64,000 bases of DNA, from assembly GCA_964016885.1 (NCBI GenBank), contig OZ024743.1, positions 74,958,001 through 75,022,000 of the forward strand. The letters run 5' to 3'. Both the position numbers and the translations under genes were made by a program. The notes beneath the pieces are model-generated. The model was not told the origin of the DNA and did no database searches. It saw only the letters and a program-made list of their open reading frames with translations. This DNA comes from Eledone cirrhosa. Lineage: Eukaryota. Below are positions 13,330 to 26,275 of the stretch, piece by piece (the stretch's first letter is position 1; the number at the start of each line of letters is the position of its first letter).

Positions 13330-13880
13330 GGTGACATCGTCTAGTCTAGCTTCGTAAATCAGCCATCGAGACATGGCTGGTCTGGTGATGTCACCTTGTC
13401 TAGCTAGCAGCCATTGAGATATGGCTGGTCTGAAGATGTCACCTTGTCTAGCTAGCAGCCATCGAGACATGGCTGGTCTGATAATGTCACCTTGTCTAGC
13501 TAGCAGCCATTGAGATATGGCTGGTCTGATAATGTCACCTTGTCTAGCTAGCAGCCATTGAGATATGGCTGGTCAGATGATGTCACCTTGTCTAGCTAGC
13601 AGCCATTGAGATATGGCTGGTCTGATGATGTCACCTTGTCTAGTTAGCAGTCATTGAGATATGGCTGGTCTGATAATGTCACCTTGTCTAGCTAGCAGCC
13701 ATTGAGATATGGCTGGTCAGATGATGTCACCTTGTCTAGCTAGCAGCCATTGAGATATGGCTGGTTTGATGATGTCACCTTGTCTAGTTTCGTAAAGCGG
13801 CCATTGACACATGGGTGGTTTGGTAACGCCGGCTAGTCTAGCTTCGTAAAACGACCATTGAGACATGGGTGGTTTCATAA
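13330..13880. repeat. 48-bp minisatellite, about 11 copies
   Basis: Unit gctagcagccattgagatatggctggtctgatgatgtcaccttgtcta; starts at 13403, 13451 and onward. Confidence 0.92.
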
Positions 13881-13941
13881 AGCAGCCGTACAGTGACGTA
13901 AATTTATTGGTTGAGAGTAGTAATCTGGGTATGTGAGATCG

Positions 13942-14605
13942 CTACATGTTTAATGTATTCATCATGTCGGTATCTCCACTACATGTTTAATGTATTTGTC
14001 ATGTCGGTATCTCCACTACATGTTTAATGTATTCATCATGTCGGTATCTCCACTACCTGTTTAATATATTTGTCATGTTGGTATCTCCGCTACATGTTTA
14101 ATGTATTCATCATGTCGGTCTGTATCTCCACTACATGTTTAATGTATTTGTCATGTTGGTATCTCCACTACATGTTTAATGTATTTGTCATGTCGGTATC
14201 TCCGCTACATGTTTAATGTATTTGTCATGTCGGTATCTCCGCTAGATGTTTAATGTATTTGTCATGTCGGTATCTCCGCTATATGTTTAATGCATTCATT
14301 ATGTCGGTATCTCCACTACATGTTTAATGTATTTGTCTTGTTGGTATCTCCGCTACATGTTTAATGTATTTGTTATGTTGGTATCTCCACTACATGTTTA
14401 TTGTACTTGTCATGTCTGTATATCTACTACATGTTTAATGTATTTGTCATGTCGGTATTCCTACTACATGTTTAATGTAGTTGTCATGTTGGTATCTCCG
14501 CTACATGTTTAATGTATTTGTCATGTCGGTATATCTATTACATGTTTAATGTATTTGTCATGTTGGTATCTCTACTATATGTCTAATGTATTCGTCATGG
14601 TGTTA
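13942..14605. repeat. 37-bp minisatellite, about 18 copies
   Basis: Unit ctacatgtttaatgtatttgtcatgtcggtatctcca; starts at 13942, 13979 and onward. Confidence 0.92.
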
Positions 14606-15257
14606 TCTCTAGAACTGGTGCTAGATTGTTGATGTCATGATAAAAGTATTAGATCATTTGTTGTATATGACATTGCTGAAAACAGATGCAGGCTTTCCTT
14701 GGGAATACATGCCGGTCCACGTATAGTGACTGATCACTCTGCGCATGTGCATAGGTCGGATAGAACTAAAATGGTCTTTGTCGGATATCTGGTGTCAGGT
14801 GTAATTGTCTGACAAGGCGTTTCTCAGGAGGCAGCAACACTTTATGTCGGTTTTCCTATTGATGGATACCATATGTGTAATTTCTTACGGAGATAACGTA
14901 GGCAGTTGTGGTTCCATGGGTTATGAGGGGATAACATCTCTAGGGTGTTACATTTAATGCTGGAGTTGTTGTTTCCTTAGTCTAGGAGCCACAAGATGGA
15001 ACTTTCCCTAATATTTCTCCTTAGGCTGGGTAAACCTGCCATTGGCTGTTAGATCTGTGTTGTTCCTCTGGATACCAACTGGATATGCGGGGATATCTCT
15101 ATAGAGTACAGAATTTGAGAGATGTGATCCTTCCAGAGGAGCATCTGTAGAGTTACGGAAGTTACAGTTTGGTGCATATGATAGGGTCTGTGTGAATCCT
15201 TTTTTTTTTTTTCAGTTGTGGAGTGTGACGTTTGGCATGTTGCTATATATATATATA

Positions 15258-15465
15258 TCGACAGTCGATCGACTTTTGTCAAATCGGACTGTGGAAACAA
15301 TGTTTCCATCGGTCTTTCCACTTGCTAATTCTATCTATCGGTCGCAAATCCAGGTAGAAGAAGCAACGTGAAATAAAGTGTCCTGCTCAAGGACATAACG
15401 CGTCACCCGGTCCGGGAATCGAACTCACAACCTCACGAATGCAAATGCAATTCTCTAACCACTCA
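15258..15465 (-). mobile_element. tRNA-derived CORE-like SINE (same family as 11591)
   Basis: Box B gttcgattcc on the minus strand; collinear with 11591-11805. Confidence 0.75.
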
Positions 15466-15949
15466 GAGAGAGAGAGAGGGGGAGGGTAGAAATAGAGAAA
15501 GAGGGAAAGAGAGAGAGAGAGAATGAGACAGACAGACAGACAGACAGATACACACACACAGAGTTGTACGCCTATGTAGTAACAACAGCAGTAGACGAAT
15601 CTTAGAACGCTTTTGGAACAATGTGCCACGACATTCTGAGATCTCCAAAGCTATCACAGATAACAACCACCCATCAACTTATGAGAGAAGTCCCTCGTTA
15701 GTTCACCAATAACCAACAACTTCGTATATTTACCATTAGAGAAACAGAAAGTTTTGTGTGAACGACAGCAACCCATGCTACATACATACTGGTTTTACAC
15801 TCGGCTCCGGGTGGTGGTGCGGCAAGAAAAGCTGCAATGACAGTAAGAGTAGACAGTAAAATATGAAAAAAGTAAAAACGAAGAAAGTAAAATATATATG
15901 TATAGAGAAAGAGAGAGAGAGAGAGAACGCGAGAGAGAGAGAGAGAGAG

Positions 15950-16025
<76 letters not shown>

Positions 16026-16504
16026 TATTCTGTACATATAGAGCACATATTTAGGAAAAAGTACATATTTAAGGTGAAAAATCCCTTCTTTTACTTACTG
16101 TACCGTTTCATAGTTCGTAAATCGAATCAAAAATCGATCTAAATAATAGATTACCGATTACTAATTATTGATTTCCTGTCAGTTTATTGAATGTTTGAAA
16201 GTATATATTTTCCTTGTGCATATTAACGGCTGAGCAGCTTAATTTCCATATCGAGTGAGTTAGTCGGTCGGGCGTACCGAAAACGATAAATGGAAAAAAT
16301 GAAATTTCATTTCTCACTCTTAGTAGGGCTGATACTTAAATATAAGTATGTATACGTACATACATATATGTATACAGACGTACAGTAGTATGTATATACA
16401 TCCATACATGCACACATATATATGTACGTATATATATACTACTGTACGTCTGTATACATATATGTATGTACGTATACATACTTATATTTATATATATATA
16501 TATA

Positions 16505-16662
16505 GGGCGGGTAAAATTCCCGATATCCATGGATGAGTTTTCTCCAGTGGCTCTGTCCCTCATCATCGCTGCCATGTCCTGCGTCTCCAAGAGACCAGTA
16601 TCTGTCCTTAGGGCAACAACATATGCCAACCTCGGTCTCCCTCTTCCAGTGTGTCCATGCAT
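16505..16662 (-). mobile_element. 3' terminal fragment of an RTE-type LINE
   Basis: Translation GRGRPRLAYV.AL..DTGL....MAAMMRDR is a typical RTE ORF C-terminus. Confidence 0.55.
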
Positions 16663-16722
<60 letters not shown>

Positions 16723-17311
16723 AATTGTAGCTATATATAAATATATATATAATGTGGGTTATAATACATATTACGCAGTTACAAGTATGAAAATAGCTCA
16801 ATGTAAAATAACAAGTATACTACAAAGCCGAAATATTTTTTACTTTGATGATTCTATTTACTCGACATTAACTCATTTGGACGGTTTGAAAAATAATTAT
16901 TATTATGACTGAATTACGTAGTCAAAATGTTTTTAATGTTTTTAAAAACATTTTTGGAGATTTATTTTAAAATTTATATTTGAATTGCATGCCTTCTCTT
17001 ATTAACTTTATTAATTCATTTAACTACTTATGATATATGTTTTTCACTGTACTTAACTTTTCTGTAGCAACAGGTTTTATAATTTATCAGTAACACCATA
17101 TTTTTTAATTTTTAATTTTTAATTTTTAATGCTTTTATCTGCTCCTAACTTTTATTGCATTTATCTGCTCCTATTCTTCATATGCTTCTTCCGCCTCTGT
17201 TATCTTATATAAATGTTGATACTTATACTTATCTAACCTTCCATATTATGAATCCTCCTAATGTTCTTGTGACAAAGTTCTGATATATTTGTGTGTTGAC
17301 TTTTGTTATCT

Positions 17312-17356
17312 ACTCCGATGAATCCGGCCTTGTGCAAGGATGAAACGATCATAAGT
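17312..17356 (+). ncRNA. Degenerate type I hammerhead (CCGAUGA core) in an AT-rich PLE pLTR relic
   Basis: act-ccgatga-atcc..ggat-gaaa-cgatca-ta-agt. Confidence 0.4.
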
Positions 17357-17397
17357 GATTAAATGTGTTAAGCACTCTCTGATTGTCATTAACATTT

Positions 17398-17708
<311 letters not shown>

Positions 17709-17913
17709 TATATATATATATAAACAAAGTGGTTGAAATTTGAAATTTGAAACGTGCAAACGCAAATGACCATAATAATAAATAGTCCATCATTATAAAT
17801 GATATTTGAGAAAATCGAGTAAAGTACCCTTGGAGACAGTGAAACCGTGATGCTAGCGTACACACACACACATACACACATACATACAGACACACATACA
17901 CACATACGCATGC

Positions 17914-17994
<81 letters not shown>

Positions 17995-17995
17995 C

Positions 17996-18069
<74 letters not shown>

Positions 18070-18702
18070 ATAGGGACGATTTTGGCAAACGCAACTTAGA
18101 ATATTTCGTGTTAAACGCATACCACAGATTCTTTCCCTATTAAGGTTCAATGAGAATCCAAGATCTGACCAATCAAATGATCTGACTAGTCTACTGATCT
18201 GACCAATCAGCTGATGTGACCGATCAACTGACCTGTCCAATTTAATTCAAGGAAAACGTTTAATGAAGGTAGTTTTACCTTCATAATTTTACTCTCGGAT
18301 CGAAAAATCTTTGGTAATTTCTTGGTATATTTCCAATATATATTAAATTCAGAAGCTATTGCAGTAGGTTGATAAAAACTAATGAGTTATGAAGATATCT
18401 GACGAAATCAATCTGGTGCTTCATCACTACTTGGCAGCTTCAATTTCCTATTCTGTGTCAAACTATAAGGACCAAATTAAAACTGCAAGTGGCAGAATGA
18501 GATCCAAATCATTTATATTTTACAGTAGAGCCACTATACAGGGTTAAATGATGCAACTTACTAGTAACATAAAATATATATACATAAAAAGTCCTTATAT
18601 GTTGAACTATAATATTTCATTGGCATTTGTAATCTAAACATATTTTCTTTTCTATTTTTTTGGCACAGTACTGTGAAGATAAATCACAGTGATTCGGATC
18701 TC

Positions 18703-18748
18703 AGTTTCTGATGAAGATCGAAGCAAAGATCGAAACTTGGGTCAAGCT
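18703..18748 (+). ncRNA. Type I minimal hammerhead ribozyme candidate
   Basis: agttt-ctgatga-a-gatc..gatc-gaaa-cttggg-tc-aagct; stem I pairs agttt/aagct. Confidence 0.55.
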
Positions 18749-18939
18749 ATTCATCGTTATCGATCTACACAGACATGTCTAGATACGATGTTTGCATATT
18801 AAAATATATACAAATATGTTTTTATATACACATTTCTCGCAGCTTCGGCTAAAAAGTAATGGGACTCTTTGTACAGATATGAATTTATAATATACCCCAA
18901 GTGCTTTGAGTACACTTTAACAAGTTTTGTAGGTATATA

Positions 18940-18982
<43 letters not shown>

Positions 18983-19049
18983 TCTATACTTATATATACA
19001 CTATATATAATTATAAACAGGAAAGGTCAGTAATTCATTACCACCTTAT

Positions 19050-21322
19050 TACCAGTAAGAAAAATAGCTCAATGTAAATACATCAGATGTTTTACAGAAC
19101 AGAGCTGGAATATAAATTACAGAATAATCAAAACTATGTTCAATACATTTTATTGCTGACAATCGTTTCCTCCAAACTTTCGTTTGGAATCATCGGAGCA
19201 CTAGCAAAGTTTAGACATATAATTAACCTCCTATTCCACAGAAAAATCGTAGAGATATGTAGATGTTAGTGTTGTCATTAACAGTGTCATATTTAAAGAA
19301 TGAAGATGATGTGGTCAGTATCAGTGGATACGACAAAGATTATAAAAGAATAATACAACAATTATAGAGGAATTAAAGAAGAAAGTTACTCACAAAACGA
19401 GGATATTAGCGGTACATATGCAAATGTATAGAAAGAGTGCAGATCTATTAGGCATGTATAGAATAACCATAGAATAATACAATACAGGTATAAAAGCATA
19501 TTAAGCCGACAGAGATGCGTGGGTATGAAAAGCAGTTTCTATGAAGTTTATGGTGGATGCAATGTGATAATTGTCCCGGTAATGTCAAATGTGCATGTGT
19601 TGTGAGTATTAATACCAAGGTTTTCCTTTCCATTACATTGGTTATATTTTAGTAAATGTTTATTAGTAGCTACAACTATGGATTGTATATTGGTCCAATT
19701 ACAATCTTTTCAAAGGTTCGAGTTGTTCTGGAGTAATCTGTCTAACGGTTTAATTTCAGGAAGTGATTAGAGATCTATACTAATGGGATCTAATTGGCGA
19801 TTAATTTGTATATAAGAGAAAAATGTATAGTTGTTTACAACTCAAATTAGTTAAATTCTATGTATTAATATACAATATATTATGTTATAAGTGAATCCTT
19901 TTATATAATTCTATTTATTTTTAAATTTATATATTTAATTTTAAATACAAACTTTTTTCCACATAATACCTTAAAGGATCATTTTATCACTACCTACCTA
20001 TATACTAATTAAATGAATAACATATTAGTAAGGAACTTATTGTAGTTATATTAAATGGTGGTAACATTATGTTTATTCGAAATAGTTATTGTAGAGTATA
20101 AGATTTGAGATAAATAGGAGGTAAGTAGAGGAATGAGCTTATCATAGAATGTGATGCTGTGGGGGTAATTATATGCTGATAAAACCTAGAGGTAAAGTGT
20201 TAACGGTGGTGAGGAATCCAGATCTGACATTGTTATATACTAGCAGCTAGGTTTGAAGTTATGGAAAGAGTGTCGGTGGTAGTGTTGGCACATGGAAAAA
20301 ATTTTTGATTTTCTATTTAAAAGTTTTAGCTTAGAATAGATTATAGTGCGAGTCTCTAGAAGACAGAGGTTACATAATTTATTCGGTGGTTTATACGATG
20401 CGGCCTTATCTATTACTTCCCATTGAAGTGTATATGGTCTATTCTTATTTTTCAGAGAGTGTATGTAGATAGATAAAAAAGTGGAGTTGGCTAGATTGCG
20501 ATTTTTGAAAGTGTGGAGATGCGAGTTATATCTCGTCTTGAAGCAGTTCGAAGTAGAACCGATATATGTTTTTGAAGTGTTGTTTGTATTGACTGTGCAT
20601 GAGTAAATGATGTCTTTTTTGTTTGGTTTACTATTTAAGTTGAATTGCTTATTATTATTATAGTGAATTTTAGGATGATTTAGCATGTTATTGTTATCTA
20701 AGTATTTAATTTTATTCGAGTAACCAGCTCTATGTAAAGCCTCATTGTAATATACAGCCTTATTATCAAAAATATTTTTATTAGCTGAGATGCGTGAAAT
20801 TCTTTGCTGGACATTATTGACAATAGTATTTTTTATATTTCTAGGATGATTAGAATTGAAACTTACGTAATTTAGATTTTCATTAATTTTATGGAGTGTG
20901 TAATAAAGACCTGAGCTAAGGTTTAAAGTTACGTCTAAGAAGTTAACGATTTTATAATTATTCTCGATTTCTAATTTAAGGTTGTAGTTGTTGAAAAACT
21001 GTGTGATGGATTTCTTTTTCCTATTAATTTCACTATTGCTATGGTTTTCGATTAAAAGTAACATATCGTCACGATATAAACCTCCAGTCATCTCTGGCAT
21101 TTTTCTATGCAGTACATTAATAATAAATAATCCAACGAGGTCTGTTACTTGAGCTGAATCAGATGATCCCATAGTAATATCAAAATTGTTTTGTCTATCA
21201 GTCCTTGTCCAGAGATGGTTATTAAATTCTATTAGGGTTTTACGTGCGGTTAGAATGATATTTATTTCTTCACTAGATCGATCTTTTTTCTTAACTATAT
21301 ATTTAAAATGTAAACTCAACAT
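19050..21322 (-). mobile_element. Penelope-like element, Hydra-type (RT plus C-terminal GIY-YIG), 5'-truncated, internally deleted, with long 3' pLTR
   Basis: ORF 20240-21322 has MGSSDSAQVTDLVGL, GLYRDD, NFLDVTLNL, SNHP, IIYSC..YIGST..FKTRY..H, CNLCLLE and CQH. A hammerhead lies in the 3' region. Confidence 0.85.
19154..19200 (-). ncRNA. Type I hammerhead (CCGAUGA core) in a PLE pLTR
   Basis: Minus strand reads tgct-ccgatga-ttccaaac gaaa gtttggag-gaaa-cgattg-tc-agca. Confidence 0.65.
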
Positions 21323-21467
21323 CCTTCGTAACTTATATTAGAAATGTAAACAAATTAATACGTGTGTTATATATCTATAAAAAATAACAGCATATAATCA
21401 CCAATAATATTTATATTTATATATTTATTAATCTATATAGATATTTATATACTTACAACATGTTGTA

Positions 21468-21975
21468 ATTTCATTTCATTTCATTTCATTTGAGTTTGAG
21501 TCCATGCTCAGGCCAAGTCGAAGACGCCACCCTCAGAGTCTGGTGTGGTTGCCAGGTTGGATTCTCTGTTTAATTTTGACATCTGTAGGAGCGAGTTTGA
21601 GTCAGTTTGTGCTCGTTGTGTATATCCTGGGAGATGGGGTTCATCTCTAATGGTGCTTAAGTATCTATCCAGCTGCAATTTGAATGATTCTACACTGCAT
21701 CCTGATAGATTTCTGACATGTACCGGAATGGAGTTGAATAGTTGTGCCCCTCGAACCAACAGACTTGACTCTCGCAGGGTTTTTGCTGCCTGGCCAGCCT
21801 TTTTGTTGATTGGTGGTAGCTGGCAGCGTCTTCCGTGGCGCAGTGAGTGGTAGGTTTTGATACCAAAGTTTGGCACCTTTTGCTCTATCATTTTCCAAAT
21901 GTATATAATTCGGTATCGCTCAAATCTTCTTTCTATTGAGTACATCTTCAAGGTTTTGAGTCTTTGCCATATCTT
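21468..21975 (-). mobile_element. CR1-group LINE 3' end with (GAAAT)n tail
   Basis: RLKTLKMYSIERRFERY..., LFNSIP..RN....FK..LD.YL; (TTTCA)n at 21468-21490. Confidence 0.8.
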
Positions 21976-22024
21976 TGTAATATAATAAGATAAAATGTAC
22001 ATACAACCATAATTCTTCATATAA

Positions 22025-22616
22025 TCTAATTATAATGATTATATATATATAATATTATAACTCATGATTTAGCTAAATATTTTTAAATTCTGGATTGATA
22101 TTCCAGCACTTCAACAAACTTTTAATTTTTAACGTTTCAATTTTTTAAATTCACGTACACTGTAATAATATAAATATAAGCTTTTCTTTCTTCTTCCTAT
22201 ATATACATGTATATATCCTAATAATTGTTTTAATCTGCCTCGCGTCTAAAAATAACGATTTTTTCAGCCCTACGCTTCAACTTCATTTGCATATTCATCA
22301 AAATAATTTGGAATATTTGTTTTTTTCCTTTCTTCCCATTTTCCCTCTTTCCTTTCACTATCCAGACGGAACTTGAACCGTTAAGGTCTGATTCCTGGGT
22401 ATGTCATTATTTATAAAACAAACTTTAACTTTTATCTGATGTGGGCGTACCAAAGTTTTGGTACCCTTGAAATATATATAATAGAATAAATATGGTTTTA
22501 TAAATATAATTTTCATTTATTAATATCATTGATATTATACTCCAGAAAACTGTCGAGTGCTTCGAATCTGTTATAAATATATTTGTTGAATTACCAACAA
22601 ATTAAATATCCCTTTG

Positions 22617-22620
<4 letters not shown>
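22025..22620 (+). mobile_element. PLE pseudo-LTR fragment with a degenerate hammerhead (22431-22485); inverted copy at 25159-25665
   Basis: About 500 bp match the reverse complement of 25159-25665. The fold reads tttat-ctgatgt-..gtacc..ggtac..-gaaa-tatata-ta-ataga. Confidence 0.7.
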
Positions 22621-22653
<33 letters not shown>

Positions 22654-22658
<5 letters not shown>

Positions 22659-22798
22659 AACCAGTAAGACTCCGACGGCTGAGCTCAAGCCGTTTCGACG
22701 GCTAATTCTTACGGGTTCCTATTACCCACTCTACTACCCTAAGTATTGAGTAGTTTGGTGCGTTATGGTCCACCTGGTTCCTTACCACATTTCCTTCG

Positions 22799-22801
<3 letters not shown>
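22654..22801 (+). mobile_element. Foldback mini-element, copy 2 (right arm partly deleted)
   Basis: ataggaacc..taaga / tcttacgggttcctat arms plus the same tail; embedded in (TA)n. Confidence 0.75.
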
Positions 22802-22871
<70 letters not shown>

Positions 22872-23027
22872 CATATATATAGAGAGAGATACATATGTAT
22901 GCATGTATATATATATATATTTATATATATATATATATATATTTATATATTCATATATTTATATATTCATATATTCATAGAAACTAATATATATCCATAG
23001 AAATATCTCAATTTGATCGTTCGAAAA

Positions 23028-23087
<60 letters not shown>

Positions 23088-23595
23088 TGACATAAAATAA
23101 GAAAATTATAAAAATTAACTTACTAAAATTTCACTCCAACTAATTACTTTCTGAAAGGGAATAAACATGGTTTCCAAATGGAAAGCACGGAGAAGCCGTT
23201 TCGTCATCAGGAAGTCTGTTCTCAGCTAAGATACCTGGCGATGCGTGGACACAGGGAACTTATACAAAAATAATTCAGTGGATGGAAAAAAGCAAGCGTG
23301 GACTAAATTCCAAGACATTGAAAAAATTACTGCCTTCTTGGTCAGTGGCAAATTCAAAAGAATCAATCACGTGACATCGAGGTTAATCAGTGAGGAGTGG
23401 GGTGTTAAAAAGACAGTAGCCAAGCCATAACTATAGTAGCAGTTTTGGCAAATTTTTGCTCAACAAAATAATTTGGAGATAATTATAAAGAATTAGTATA
23501 TCTACCAACATATATATACAGATGCATACCTATGCTAGCAAATATATAGGTTTTGTCGTAGTAACTTTGTGGTTCAATGCAAGGGGATGCATATA

Positions 23596-23797
23596 TAATA
23601 GGAAAAAGTATGACCCCGACGGCAGAGCTCAAGCCGTTTCGACGGCTATTTCTAGACTGTCTATAAATAGCCGTCGCAACGGCTTGAGCTCTGCCGTCGG
23701 GGTCATACTTTTTCCTATTACCGACTCTACAACCCTAAGTATTGAGTACTCTGGTGCGTTATGGTCCATCTGGTTCCTTATCACAATTCCTTCGTTA
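23596..23797 (+). mobile_element. Foldback mini-element, copy 3 (125-bp hairpin plus tail)
   Basis: Inverted repeat 23596-23720 centred at 23658. Confidence 0.8.
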
Positions 23798-24192
23798 TAT
23801 ATATATAATATATATATATATATTATATATATATAATATATATATATATTATATATATACATACATATATATATATACATATTCATGTATATATGTGTGT
23901 GTCCGCATGTATCTGTGTGTTTCTAAATATATTAACTCCCTCTGGTCGAGCAATCTTTGAAGTGTGGGGACAACTGGAAAGCTTCCATTACTCATACTTC
24001 TCGCCTTCTTCACTACCTCTTCTACGGCCTCGATATGAATACCCCCTCCGCCTCCGTGGTATTTTCTTCGTGGTTATAAGAGGCTTAGCTCTGTTTCTCG
24101 ACCGTTATATCGCGTGACTATCTCCCCCTCCGCCTTTTGGGATTCTTTCTCACGTCGTGTAGACGCGTTCTTGAGACTAGTAAAATGAGGTA

Positions 24193-24280
24193 TCCTCTTG
24201 ATAAGTTGGCAGACCTCGCAAGGACTCTATATCTTTGATATATTGTTTTTGTTTATGCCACGAAACTACGTAGTCGAGGA
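24193..24280 (+). ncRNA. Type I hammerhead, U3:A8 core variant
   Basis: tcctc-ttgataa-gttggca...tgccac-gaaa-ctacgtag-tc-gagga; predicted cleavage after C24275. Confidence 0.75.
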
Positions 24281-24780
24281 ATTTAGGAGCAGTTTAGGTA
24301 TGATACATTTTATTACTAATTATATCTAAATGTTTCTTCTCTCTTCATAATGTATTTTTAACTCTGATACTGGTTCAGTCTGGTTCAAACTGAATTGGTC
24401 TGTCCCAGTCATTCATTGAGCAACATCGGTGAAGTTGGCACCCTTAACTCACAGTTGGGTGCGGATGCATTCATGTATATATGTGTGTGTCCGCATGTAT
24501 CTGTGTGTTTCTAAATATATTAACTCCCTCTGGTCGAGCAATCTTTGAAGTGTGGGGACAACTGGAAAGCTTCCATTACTCATACTTCTCGCCTTCTTCA
24601 CTACCTCTTCTACGGCCTCGATATGAATACCCCCTCCGCCTCCGTGGTATTTTCTTCGTGGTTATAAGAGGCTTAGCTCTGTTTCTCGACCGTTATATCG
24701 CGTGACTATCTCCCCCTCCGCCTTTTGGGATTCTTTCTCACGTCGTGTAGACGCGTTCTTGAGACTAGTAAAATGAGGTA

Positions 24781-24868
24781 TCCTCTTGATAAGTTGGCAG
24801 ACCTTGCAAGGACTCTATATCTTTGATATATTGTTTTTGTTTATGCCACGAAACTACGTAGTCGAGGA
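24781..24868 (+). ncRNA. Type I hammerhead, U3:A8 core variant (unit 2)
   Basis: Same fold, 588 bp downstream. Confidence 0.75.
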
Positions 24869-25099
24869 ATTTAGGAGCAGTTTAGGTATGATACATTTTA
24901 TTACTAATTATATCTAAATGTTTCTTCTCTCTTCATAATGTATTTTTAACTCTGATACTGGTTCAGTCTGGTTCAAACTGAATTGGTCTGTCCCAGTCAT
25001 TCATTGAGCAACATCGGTGAAGTTGGCACCCTTAACTCACAGTTGGGTGCGGATGCATTCATGTATATATGTGTGTGTCCGCATGTATCTGTGTGTTTC

Positions 25100-25156
<57 letters not shown>

Positions 25157-25158
25157 GT

Positions 25159-26035
25159 ATCAATGATATTAATAAATGGAAATTATATTTATAAAACCAT
25201 ATTTATTCTATTATATATATTTCAAGGGTACCAAAACTTTGGTACGCCTACATCAGATAAAATACAAAGTTTGTTTAATAAATAATGACATACCCAGGAA
25301 TCAGACCTTAACGGTTCAAGTTCCGTCTGGATAGTGAAAGGAAAGAGGGAAAATGGGAAGGAAGGAAAAAAAAACAAATATTTCAAATTATTTTGATGAA
25401 TATGCAAATGAAGTTGAAGCGTAGGGCTGAAAAAAAAATCGTTATTTTTAGACGCTAGGTAGATTTAAATAATTATTAGGGTATATATATGTTATATAGG
25501 AATAAGAAAGAAAAGCTTATATTTATATTATTACAGTGTACGTGAATTAAAAAAATTGAAACGTTAAAAATTAAAAGTTTGTTGAAGTGCTGGAATATCA
25601 ATCCAGAATTTAAAACATTTAGCTAAATCATGAGTTATAATATTATATAATCATTATAATTATATATAACCAAACAAAAACAGATAACAATAATAATATT
25701 TCTAATAACAATATTCATACTAATAATTGTTTCTACTTTTGGCACAAGGCCAGCAATTACCCAGTACATGACTGGTACTTTATTTTATCGACCCCGTAAG
25801 GATGAAAGGCAAAGTTAACCTCGGCGGGATTTGAACTCAGAATGGAAAGGGCCGTAACTCTATGCGTCAAAGCATGGCGTCCGACCCTCTAATATTCATA
25901 CTAATAATAATAGTACCGTTTCTAATAAAAACAACTCCCGAAAATGTAACTGTAGAATTGAATCAAACTGCCCTTTACAAAACAATTGCTTAGATAAAAC
26001 CTTAATGTATAAATGCTCAGTAAAAACTAGAGACG
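25159..26035. mobile_element. Inverted pLTR (25159-25665) followed by a Hydra-type PLE linker fragment (25942-26030, + strand)
   Basis: KCNCRIESNCPLQNNCLDKTLMYKCSVKT on the + strand. Confidence 0.65.
25728..25890 (-). mobile_element. tRNA-derived SINE with an 18-bp target-site duplication
   Basis: TSD aatattcatactaataat at 25710-25727 and 25891-25908; box B gagttcaaatcc; central gcctttcatcc..ggggtcgataaaat. Confidence 0.85.
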
Positions 26036-26195
26036 CCCCTTTACAGTCTGAGTTCAATTCCGGCCGAGGTTAATTTGCCTTTCATCCTCACAGGGTCGAT
26101 AAAATAATGTACCAGTAACACACTGGTGTCGATTTAATCGACTGTCCCCTCCCTTTCAAATTGCTGGCCTTGTGCTTATAGTAGAAACAATTATT
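26036..26195 (+). mobile_element. SINE, same family as 25728
   Basis: gagttcaattcc..gcctttcatcc..gggtcgataaaat..gctggccttgtgc. Confidence 0.75.
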
Positions 26196-26196
26196 A

Positions 26197-26270
<74 letters not shown>

Positions 26271-26275
<5 letters not shown>

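Larger units (their letters stand above)
23881..25108 (+). mobile_element. Retrozyme-like tandem array 1 (588-bp unit x ~2.1)
   Basis: Direct repeats with period 588 (23893/24481/25069), one hammerhead fold per full unit, (TA)n flanks. Confidence 0.85.

Noticed and set aside
13420-13790. CTGATGA/CTGAAGA within the 48-bp minisatellite as hammerhead cores
   Set aside because: No downstream stem II-GAAA-stem III.
13330-14605. CRISPR-like appearance of 37- and 48-bp repeats
   Set aside because: Units are contiguous with no unique spacers, there are no cas genes, and the context is eukaryotic.
23190-23215. Minus-strand ctgatgac-gaaacggc as a hammerhead
   Set aside because: No stem II between the two core boxes; at most a deletion relic.
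23893-24117. 74-75-aa ORF (MCVSACICVF...) repeated five times
   Set aside because: It recurs only because the unit is repeated. It starts in a TG microsatellite and has no recognisable motif. A micropeptide is not excluded but is unsupported.
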